DNA of 64,000 nt from Gracilinanus agilis. Lineage: Eukaryota. Where the stretch lies: assembly GCF_016433145.1 (NCBI RefSeq), contig NC_058133.1, positions 256,915,560-256,979,559 on the forward strand, given 5' to 3'. The notes below the pieces were generated by a model. It saw nothing but the letters and a program-made list of their open reading frames with translations. It did no database searches and was not told the origin of the DNA. Made by a program: the position numbers and the translations under genes. Of this stretch, positions 1 to 24,700 are shown one piece after another. Each line of letters starts with the position of its first letter. Positions within the stretch are counted from its first letter, which is position 1.

Positions 1-1889
1 TCCCCTCCCCCCTTCCCAGGGGAATGATAACCTGCTTCAGCTTCTAGCGGGGCCACCCTCGCTTCCATTCCAGGAGTTCCTCATCTCCCTCAACTAGGGG
101 TAACACCTTCCCCTGCAAAAACAACCCCCTCTCTATTCCCTTCCTCCATATTGTACCCCGGCCCCCCTTGACTAGCGCTTTCTTGACTCTCGGGGACTTA
201 GCCTTCCCCCAGGCTGCTGGGTCTCATCCCCCCTCCCTGTGTCACCTCATTTCCCCTCCTTCCGGGTCTCCCCTCTCCCTTTAAGCCACTATGACCCCGG
301 AACCCCAAGATATTCTTTCAGTCCTCCCCCACACGCGCACACTTAGCCTTCCCTTTCTCACAATTCCCATTTTCCATACCTACCTTTTTGCATGTGTCCC
401 CTATTCCCTTTTTCTTCATCTTATCCCTAAACTTCCCCATCTCCCGCATTATATTATCTCCCACCTAAAGCCCATATGTCACTCCCCCCCCCCCAATCTC
501 TTTTCTCTGCCCAATTGGACATTTCACTTCCCCTCCTCTCACGTTTTTGCCACCTCCTCTGGTAAAACTAGACCACTGGTAGCCCACCTTGAGTAGGTTC
601 CTCTTTTAAATGATTCCCCCTTCCTTTCTTCCCCCTTTCTGAGTATGGGCCAGTCTTTCCCCTTGGGAATAACTTCCTGAGATATACATGGTTATTTATA
701 TTCTATTTTGCTTTTTGTAAAGGAGATAAAAACCCTCTCTATTTTTCTCAGAGAAAATTCCACCCCCTCCCCCTTCCTCCAGCTTGACAAAAAGAAGTTG
801 TGCCTCCCATCCTTTGGGCCCAATCCTGGTGGCAGCCCCTAAAGGAAGGGGATGTGCTGCCTCCCCTCCCCCACACATGGCAGTGTGTCTAGGGAAGTGG
901 GAATAAGGAATCCTGGGCCTGAAGATAGAGGAGCAGCCATGGGTTTGGAATTTTTTAGCTCTGAGAAGAAGGGGGAAGCTTCTGGGGTTGTTGTGAGAGC
1001 CAACACTGGCCCAAGATAGGGGAATTTCCAAGAGGTCCATATTGCTTTATTTCTTCACAATCTGGATTTGGAAAGATAAAAGTTGACTGGTGCCTTACCC
1101 CAGAATCTGGGTCTGCAGTTTCCTGGACTCTCCAGGGACTTGGCTATAAGGCAGGCAGTTAGTTGTTCCGGTAGTTTGGGTGCTTCAGTCAGAGAGTGTG
1201 GGTGAACACTGATTGTTCCTTTGAGCATTTCTCAGACACCAACCCCCATTCTGGCTGGGCAAGCTCATAAAATTCCCAAACTCCCAGCATCCCTCTTTCC
1301 TAACCCTCCCCAGATGGGACAGAAGGCATGCTGGGAATAGAGCCTGGGGCTCTGAGTCCTGAGAGGGCTAAGGAGTTTCAAACTGAATGGAGAGTTCTGG
1401 TTTGAAAAGTGATGAGACTGAGATTTTTGGTTTTTTGAGCTATGATCTTGGGTTTCTCTGAAATAAGGATTAATGTATCTGTTTCCTTTGAGGGAAAGAA
1501 AAATATTTTTGTTGATAGAATACAGAGCTAAGGGAGAAAGAAGAGACTTGATATTTTCCTTAGAACTCTAAAATGATGTTATTAAGTTTCTAATATTCCT
1601 TTCCCCCCACCTTTAATAATCAGTGGCTTTTCCTTGTGGTGTTAGAGGATGAGAGTAGAAAGACCAATGTTGAAAGGTAACAGGATTTGAAATTCATATC
1701 TCCCTGACTGAGTTCAGAAGGTGTGAGAAACTTTATTTCATTGTCTGAAGGTGATAAAAAGCTAAAATTTAAAATAAAAGAATGAGCTAGGGTCCAGGAT
1801 ATCTCTCTGAAAGAAGCGAGAATTGGGCATAGCCTTCCTCTTTGGTTCCTGAGAGAACAGGGAATAAGGTGTCTGGAACCCCACCTGCA

Positions 1890-1939
1890 GGCTCCAGCAC
1901 GTTTCGGGGGAGGCGCCTGCAGGACCCAACGTACTCAAT
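1890..1939 (+). other. PRRC2A: Probable 5'-UTR portion of PRRC2A exon 2
   Basis: Acceptor-like CCCACCTGCAG ends at 1889 and is followed by CpG-rich GCTCCAGCACGTTTCGGGGGAGGCGCCTGCAGGACCCAACGTACTCAAT running into the gap. It resembles the human PRRC2A leader as I recall it; not verified. Confidence 0.65.
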
Positions 1940-15191
<13,252 letters not shown>

Positions 15192-15340
15192 GGGAGCTGC
15201 CCCCCCCTGGGGCCTGTACATAGATATAAATATATAAGGGGGAAGGGGGCGGGTGGGGAGGGGTTGTGGGGCTGGGGCCTCCCTCCCCCTCCCCCCTCTT
15301 CCCCTGGGCCCCTATCCCTGGGGCCGTTTGTTTAAAAAAG

Positions 15341-15346
15341 AATAAA
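15341..15346 (+). terminator. PRRC2A: PRRC2A polyadenylation signal AATAAA
   Basis: AATAAA 150 nt after the stop codon. Confidence 0.85.
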
Positions 15347-15651
15347 AGGATTTAAAAAAAAATGTCCAAGTTGTTTAGAGAATGAATGTGAGGACAGATA
15401 TATTCCTCCTGAATGGCCATCAGAAGGAAACGACAGAATTCATCCTGCTTCAAGCTTTTACCCCAACTCCCACCCCAAAAATGAGCCGGGCCATCAGGGG
15501 TGAGGGGTGGTGGTAGACTGCAATCAGGTAAAATGAAGAAAGTAATAGCAATGCAGTACCAGCTTATAGCTCAGACCCTCAACTGCTAAGAAGTTTGGGG
15601 AGGTGTCGACTTTTGTAGGGATAAAAACAGCCAAAGCCAGGAAAATCCGAC

Positions 15652-15657
15652 TTTATT
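15652..15657 (-). terminator. BAG6: BAG6 polyadenylation signal AATAAA
   Basis: TTTATT on + strand, 80 nt past the BAG6 stop. It lies only ~300 nt from the PRRC2A signal (convergent genes). Confidence 0.8.
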
Positions 15658-15736
15658 TCTTAAATACTGTGAATGGGGAGGGGAAGAGAGAGGTCCCTGG
15701 GAGAAGATGGTATGGGATTGGCCATCGAGCAAGAAC

Positions 15737-18700
15737 CTAAGGGTCATCAGCAAAGGCCCTGTGGGTATTGGGGAAACGCTGGGGGCTGTAGTTGGGATCA
15801 TCCTGAAGTCGTTTTTGGATGTCAGAACGGAGCTAGGAAAAAAGAGCAAATGGGTTAAAAGCAGGGTAAAGGGCCCTTAGCGTATGCCAACACTTCCTTC
15901 CCCCCCCTTTAAATTTGTGTTCCACTAGGATAGCCACTCAGGAGACAAATCTTATCCATCTTCCCCATGCAGATTGTATATGGCAATATCGTTCACCAGA
16001 GGCATCCAAAATAATGACGGTGATCCGGCCCATCCCAGCTTATTTTCCCCTTGCTGACCTGATCTAATGGTCTCTTCCACTTTGAGCCCACCCTCTTTTC
16101 CAAATGAACTTCCTGCCCTAGACCATTCCATTTCAGCTCTAGGAAAGGGAAGGACTGTCCCTAATGAAACTTTCCGCTAAAGAATTGCTATTCTGTTTTG
16201 AGAGGGTGCACCTGCTGCCTGTAGCTCTCCTGAACCTCTGGTGCCTCCAGGTCATGACTCAGGCTCTCCGAGCTAGTTAGAGGTCGGGCTCCAGCTGCCT
16301 TGGCTGCCCTGCTCACAGCCTCTGAGAGGAGCAGCTGAGGGCCCTCGCCCTGCATCGTCTAAGGAGAGAAGAATGGCTTTCAACATCTCACCAGTTCTCC
16401 ACCCCCCCCCCCCCCCACCAAACTTAACAACTCCCGAGTTTCCACACTAGCAGAGAAAAGGAAATGTTATGTGAATACATTTGGAGGGGGAAAATGCCAA
16501 GCTAGCAGAATGCCTGGCACCAAGTAGGTGCTCAATAAATACTTATTGCTGAATTATATTGACTTAGGCTCACATTTGCATTCACTGAAAAATGGGGGTG
16601 GGGGGCTGGGGGGTGGGGGCTAAACATAGAAAGGTTAATAGGCAAAGAAATTGGCTTTATCACCCTCAAGCATAAAATAAAGGAGCCAAATATCTTGAGG
16701 GCTGCTTTAATGCCATCTTTCCCAAGGGAAAGGGAGCCAAACCTTGCGTCTCTTGGCGGGCATGCCGCTGAGGTAGGCATCACTCAGGGGAGGCTGTGGT
16801 TTCACCTTTCTCTGGCTCTGGATATCCTGTTGGATGATTGGAACCCACTCCTGGAGAAAAGTCAGAAAATTAGGGAACATTCTACCCCAACCTCTCCACA
16901 AAACCAGCACTTTAAGGAGTAGCACCCCACCCCCAGCCACTCCACTCCCTTACTGGAGGAACAGCAGCAGCCCAGGGCTCTGTCTCAGCTGTAGCTCCAC
17001 CCTGGTCCTCCTGAGATGTACCCTCAGGAGCAGGAGGTGGTCCCCTAGACATGGCCTCCTCTGCAGTAGTGCCAGGAGCTGGGGAGGCATTTTCCCGCTA
17101 GAAAAAAAAAAGGTGAGAAGAGTATTCATTGTATTTCAACTCAGCTTTCCTAATTCTTCCCCCATCACAAGGCACCCAGTTCCCAAAAGAACTCTTCCCC
17201 AATACCTGGGGTTCAGGAGTTCTCTCTGCTCCTTGGATTTCCATCGGTTCCTCAAGAACTGGCTGTGAAATTTGGTAGAGGGGAAGGGAGAGGTGATGGC
17301 TCCCCCAAAGCAGTTTTGTTTTTTTTCTCCCCAGTATAACCAAGCCTTGTGTTATCTCTCCGTGTGCCTCTACACTACTGGGGGCCCAAACATAAGATCC
17401 TACAACCCTTACCTGGGAGGGATCACCAGTTCTTCGAACATATCTCAGGACAGCATCAGGCCCTACAGGCATGTGCTCCAGCACAACTTGCAGCCGAAGC
17501 CCCATCATAGTTGTCAGCCAACTCACCAGGGATGGGTTCACCCCTCCAGACATACGGCGCTATATGAAAATAAATGAAAATCAATCATGATCCCTGCCAC
17601 CCCGATACTTCTTATCCAGTCACTTTAGTACCTGGGTAGAGGAGGAAGGTAGGGGAATGGTATAGAATGGGTATGAGAGTTGTAGGGAAAGACAGACTAG
17701 ATAAAGGGGCCTAGAAGGAATCATTTCTTACAATTCTACCATTGATGACATCTGTAAGTGCGCTCTGCTGTCCCCCTAAGCAATGCAGATTGAGGGCCAG
17801 ACACTCAAACAGCCCCTGGTTACACAGCTCCAACAGCCGTGCCCCAAACCCACCATCTGTAGGAGAAAGGAGAAATGTTGTTACCCCATCACACCTAATC
17901 CCCAATCCCTGCCTTCTACAAAACCCCTGTCCCTGACCTGTGCAGTGAAGTACATGGGAAGCAATGCCATTGAATTGCTCCTGGAGAAACTCCAGGTTGG
18001 TCCTGGTGATGTCCACACCTGGCTGTACCTGCACAGAGGCCTAAGAAACAAAGACAGACAAAAGATAAGAGGGAAAGAAGCTTAACAGCAATAGTTACCA
18101 GTAATTAAAGCAAAGGGACTGGCTGGATCTAGAAGAAAGGAATCTATCCTACCCCCAAATGATCCCAAGGGAGTTTTGGGGAAGAGGGGAAAGGAAAAGG
18201 GACAGTCTTGTGAGGCACATCAGTGCCTTCAGCTCCTCCAAAAGCCAGAAAGGGAGAGGGGCAATGGCTGAGTGTGGAAGTTCATGTGTTTCACCACTCA
18301 CAAAGCTCTCTCGAACATACTCCTCCAATCCCGTGATCAGGGTGTGGGTTGCCATCTGTGGGAGAGACCCAAGACAAGGTCAGCAGTTGGCTTCTGGACA
18401 CTACTCCCTTTTCTACCTTGCTCAGCCAGTAATTCAGGGGCAAGGATAGAGAGCCCTTGGCTAAACATTATGGCAAGTCATGGAAACTGACTGCAGCTTT
18501 AAAGGCTGGAAGGGGGCCTTAAGAGTTCATTAAGTTCAACCTAATCATTTTACAAATAAGAGTAGTAAGGCTTGCAAAAGTTGTATGACTTGCATAGGTT
18601 TCTGCAGACTTAGGAATAAGTCTTTTGGGAAAGGAAGCTCTCCTCACCCGGATGTTGTGGGGTGTGGGCTCACGGCCTCCCAGGTAGTGCTGATGAAAGA

Positions 18701-21700
18701 AGCCCCGAAGCTGGGGCTGGAGTCGCTGGAGGGGCTGAAAGTGCCCATGGAGAAGCATTACTACATCTACCATGGAGAAGTTCTGGCACAGGAGGGAGAG
18801 CAATGCCCCAAAGAATCCTAGAAACATTAGAGTGAAACAAATGAATAAAAGTTACCTAGTTGCCCCACACAGTTGTACCAACCTAGGAAAAGAGCTGGCT
18901 TGGATAGTTTAGTGTCAGACCTTCTACCCCCATACATCTCACTACACACTCCTTAGTTCTTTTGTTCATTTTGGGGTCATCTTCCTTAGCCACCACCACT
19001 AAGGGACAGGTAACCCCTTCTACCACAGATGATAAGCAGCCTCCCAATCAAGAAGATCCAATCCCATCTTAAGTTTCTTCTCCCTCAAGGTCCACCCCCA
19101 CAATTACCACTCACCAAGGGCTCCATCTGCTCCAGGTTCGAAAATGTTGCTGGAGCCACTAAGGCGCTGGATAAAGGCTGCAATACTCTCACTGCTACCT
19201 GCCCTTGCTCCAAGAGAGCCCAGCAGGGAACTCAGCACACCCTGCACCACTGAGGTGAAGAACTCAGGAGGCAGGCTCTCAGGTCCCACGCCCCCTTGGC
19301 CTCGTGCCCCCAGCCCTGCTGGAGGGGACCCAGGTGGTGGGGGTGCCTGTTCTGGAGCAGGAGGAGGTGGTGGGGGTGGAGGAGGTGGGGGTGGAGCACT
19401 CTGTGTTGCCTGTAAAAAAGTAAGGTAATCAGTGACAGGGAGTGAAAACAAGGTAAATTATGAACTAGAAAGAAAGATGGATTAACAAGCTAAAGAATGA
19501 ATCCTGAGATTCCAACTTTGGGAAAGGGATACATGTATGCACTAGATGGGAGAGGTTGTTCCAAAGAAAGAATGAATTAATCCCTGACTATGAAACAAAA
19601 TCCTAAAAAAGGTCCTAAAAATCCCAAGGGGAGAGACTATATCTTATGCCCATCCCCATATAACACTAAACTGATAGTATTTGCTGAATAACTGATGGAC
19701 AAACAGGAAAAATTAGATACTTTTCTTGACCCCTTCATACCCCAATGAGAGATCTCAGTGTTCACACTTCCAGTAGTAGGGATAATTGTGAGATAGGCCT
19801 ATCAAGATGAAGAGATGCCTCAGCATCTTCACCACTTACCTGAAGAAAATCTGTCATGCCCTGGAGGAAGGCAGGGACACCTGGCATGGCCACAGTGATG
19901 GTGGGAGAGCCTACACTGGCCCCTCCAACCCCTGGCCCTCCAGGTCCCAACAGATTCCCCAGAAGCTGAGAGAACTGAAGCTCAGTTGGAGGAGGTGGTG
20001 GAGGCTGAGCAGGTCCTCCTGGGGCTGGCCCAGCTGTGGTGGCTGTATTGGTGGTACCAGCACTTGCAGAGGCTGTAGCTGGAGCAGGGGGTGGGGCCAG
20101 GCCTGAGGCCCCCTGAGCTATTAAGGTAGAAAGAAGGAATTAGAAACAAAATTAGCATGGAGAAGAAAACAAGGAGTCACCAACCCACCAAAAAAGGGCC
20201 CAAGAAGCTAGGGAACGAAAAGGAAAGGAAGGTTGCAGAGAGATAGAAGATAACAAAGGGTAGAAAGAAAGAATTTAGAGAAGAAAGGGAAATGGAGAAG
20301 TCAAGTGGGAATTTAGAGGTGGGGAATGTTATGGAAAGGGTTGAGATTAGAGATGAAAAGCAGAATAGTATAGTAGGAAAAGCACTGGATTAGGATTCAG
20401 GAAATCAGTGTTCTAATCTCTGACTTGGAACTAAATCAATTCTCTCTGAGCCTCAGTTCCTCATCTGTAAATGAAAAGAATTGGCTTCATCTTTCCAGCA
20501 AAATAAAAAACTGCTATGATTTTGTATGAATTTTGAAGCCATAGAAATGCAATACCTTTTTGAAAGTGCCTTTTAAAGAATGTAAATCACTACTTGTTCA
20601 CATACATAAAAATTACATATGATTAGTTATACAAAGAACAAATGGGGACAAAAGAAAAATGGTCAGTTTTTTAATAAAAACCTATTTTCAGGGGGCAGCT
20701 GGGTAGCTCAGTGGATTGAGAGCCAGGCCTAGAGACGGGAGGGTCCTAGGTTCAAATCTGACACTTCCCAGCTGTGTGACCCTGGGCAAGTCACTTGACC
20801 ACTGTTGCCTAGCCCTTACCACTCTTCTGCCTTGGAGCCAATACACAGTATTGACTCTAAGACTGAAGGTAAGGGTTTTCAAAAAAAAAACAAAACAAAA
20901 CATTTTCAGAATAAAAAGAGTTCTAAGCCTTCCTCCCAAACTTTCACATCTTAAACTCATATGAGAAAAATGATAGTAGGACAGTTTGACAGGAAGCAAG
21001 AGATTTGAAAGGTCAAGGAAGAATTTTTAGATGGAAAAGGGAGAAAATTTTATTCTCCTTTTGGAGGGATCATGAGGTAGTGGGAAAGATCTTACCCACG
21101 AGCACAGGCTGCATGAGAAGCTGTCCTACCAGCCCGCTCACCATCTGAGCCAGAGATGCATTTGGCCCCAAGCTTGGACCCTGAAAGAAGAAAAGGGCAA
21201 AAGCTCAAGTCCCTGCCCTCTAGAGCTCAAGATTCCTGTTATTCCAATACACACCCCACCCCCAAATGCTCCATCATGTTTCAGTATCCCTCTCTATCCA
21301 CATTCCTTAGACTTCACTCACCACAACTCCAGGGGCAGGTGGCCCACCAGGGTGGGGGGCCCGAGCCTGGGGAGGGGTAGGCCGAGCAATCACCACCCTT
21401 GTAGGAGCTGATGGAAAGCCTGGAACTTGCTGTCCTGGGGGTACATATGGGAAAAAACAAAAAAGCTCAGGCCCTATTGTGCCCAACTCCCACACTCCTG
21501 AAATGACCCAACTTGATACTTGACTACTACTTACTACCCTTTTTTCCCAGACCTTCCCCCATCCAGTGGGGTTAGTCACCTGTAGCTGCAGAGGCAGCAG
21601 CTGCTGCCATGGCCTGCTGAGTGATCTGGTGAGCAACAGCTTGCATGAACTCAGGAGGCAGGGAGGGCAGCTGAATATGAGTGGAGCCTAGAGAGGAAGG

Positions 21701-24700
21701 GGACAAACTGAATACTGACCACCACACTTCTATAGTCTTCTACTTCTAACCCTATTTTTTCCTTCCCCTTCCCAGAATGTCTTTCACTCTTACCTAAGGC
21801 CTGACCATGACCAGGAGGGCCTGAAGGACCAGTTGGGGCACTGGGAACGCTACCTGTTTGTGAACTAGAATCTGGAAGAAAAAAAATTGAAAACATTAAA
21901 CCAAACATATAGACAGGTTAAGGGATTTACTACTCCAAAGGTCTTTCTGCCCTCCCTTCCTTAGTCAAGTAGCTCCAATTACACAAATTTTGGATTGTCT
22001 CTCCTAAGCTAAGATACCTTCACCTCAGGGACCCCACAGCAAACTTTGGTACTGAAATCCCTCTATCACCAATCAGTTTTTAGACACAAAAGATCTTACA
22101 TGTTCAATCCCTTGCATAATAACATGTCACATGTTCGCCAAGAGGTGAAAAACATCCCAAAATTCAGGGTAGAATCGACTAAAAATCAATGATTCCTGGC
22201 TCTTAAATCAAGATTCTTCCTATAGTACCACGCCTGTGCTCCTCTTTCCCACTGTTAAGCTCCAACCTTATTTTCTTTTCCTCCTGCAAGCAACCCTGAC
22301 TCTTAACTGCTTTTTTTCTTTTCTCAACCCATGGATTCTTCCAGCTCACCCTGGATGTTCATGTGCATCATGACAACAGGTTCCACACTCTGGTGGGAAA
22401 TCCTGATGACTCTGGGATGGCCAGGCCCAGGTGGGGGGGCTGGACCCGTGGGGGGAGCCCCCTCAGTTGTGGGCTCCCCTGTAGTAGGAGAAGGTGCTGG
22501 AGGGGAAGTCTGCCCAGGAACAGAGGGTGGTGCCTCTGAGCTAGGGGTTGGGGGTGGCCTGGTTCCATTCCCAGTCATGGTCACAGTTGTCCCCACATTG
22601 ATCTAGTGGAGAAAGATGGAGAAACAAGACAGATTAGAACCACAGATAGCATTCCTCCATCATGTTCTTCCCTTACTTTTTACCAGTAGCCTGTCCTTAC
22701 ATCTCTTGCTCCTGCCCTGCTCTATTCTAGCGTCCACTGTCCATTCTTCATTCCTGTTTGGAGTCTTTTCCTAGCCTGTCTTCCTCTCACTCACTCAACA
22801 TTGTTCCTTCAATAAACACCATCCACTCCCATACCACAGAACCCCACAGGTCACTCCTTGGTGTACACCTCTTCTTATTCCTCACCCAAGACTCTCAGTG
22901 CACCTACCTGAATGGGGATAGCAGCCTGCTGCAGCACCATGGGAGCTGTGTAATGAGACATTGGCCGGACCACATGAAGATGCCGAGGAGGGGCACAGGC
23001 CAAGTTGCAGCGCAGATCAGACAGTGCCACAAAGGTGTTACCCAGCAGCCGCAAGCTCTCCCCAACTAAATTGATCACTCGCTGATCCTCTTCACGCCCC
23101 TCAGTCTGAAGCCAGTCCCCCAAAACCCAGAAACAGGGAGAAAGGAAAAGAAAATGTAAGGGGAGAAGAATTGGTTGGAACTACCATGTCTCCTTGAAAT
23201 GGCATCACTTTCTGTAGAGAAAGACCTTACAATAGGAGAACAGTTAAATTAAGGCACATTAGTATCATAATACATTATAAAGCTATTACAGGGATAGTGA
23301 AAGTGGCTCAGTGAATGGGGAGCCAGACCTAAAAATGAGAAGTCCTGGCCTCAAACACTTCCTAGGTGCGTGCCCTCAGGCAAGTCACTTAACCCCAACT
23401 GCCTAGCCTTTATCACTCTTCTGCCTAGGAACTAATACTTAGTATTGATTCTAAAATGGAAAGTAAGGGTTTAAAAAATAAATAAAAATAAAGCAATTAC
23501 AATTGATAAGCATAAGGAATACAAAGAAAAATGATAAGACCTTTATAAAATAATGTAAAATTATTGCATTAGTTAAAATGATTATATTGCATTATTGCAA
23601 AACATAATAAAAAAACAGAAGAAAGGAACATGTACTAATTACAATCATATGAAGAAAGATGGACAAAGAATCCTAATGGTCGTGACTTAAAAAGAAAACC
23701 GAAAAAATATTATGACACATTAAGCATTGAAATTAATTCAAAGTAGGGGCAGCTAGGTAAAAGAGCAGATAAAGAGCACCAGGCCAGGAGGGCCTGGGTT
23801 CAAATCTGGTCTCAGAGTCTTCCTAGATTGTGGCCCTGGGCAAGTCACTTAACCCCAGTTGCCTAGTCCTTGCCTCTCTTCTATCTTAGAACTGATAAGA
23901 CAGAAGGTAAGGATTTAGGGGGGAAAAATTAAAGTAGCTAGTTAGTTGTTGTCAGACATTGATGCTGAACTTTAAATTTCTAATTAAACATTTTTATAAG
24001 CAATAAAGAGCTACAAAGGACAATTCCATGTAATAGGAAGGGGAAAAGAGAAAAGCAGAAAGGAACTCTACCTTTATTTATTAAAGAGCTGTGTCCAGAC
24101 ATTATTTATAAACTGAATTTCAGCACATTTAATTTCGGTAAAGGAGCTGTTTGTTGGAAGGAATCTATAAGGTGATTCTTTTTGTAAAGCAAATCATCAG
24201 CCAATTATTTATTCTTCAAATCCATGTTTTTATATTCAAATTTCATCTAAGATTTGCTTAAAACTGAGTACACCTATACCAACTATTGGGGTAGAGAAAT
24301 GGAGATCAGAGGAAAAGATTGTTCAGAGTATTCTACTGTATGTAGGCTCAAGATGATTATTATTTGGACTATCCCAATGTCATGCAGAGAATTCTAATTC
24401 CATACCACAGTGAAGGGGAAACATTAAGTGGACAGTATGTCTACCTTGGGTGGGCTACCAGATTTCAAAATCAGTTCTATCTTTAAGCTAAAAGATGAGA
24501 AAGGGGACATGGAAAAAAATTCTCACATTATTGTTGTAGTCTGTGGTGGCAGCAGATCCCAGTATTTCATGGTAACGCTGCAGAAAGGGCTGGAGTCGGC
24601 TCTCTACCCGCTGTAGCTCCTGAAGTACTTCAACATACTCCAAAGGAGATGGATGGCTATGGGAGATAGCAGGGCATTCATTAAGGGTTTCACCGGTCTC

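Noticed and set aside
19320-19400. BAG6 poly-proline run
   Set aside because: A similar run exists in human BAG6; not novel.
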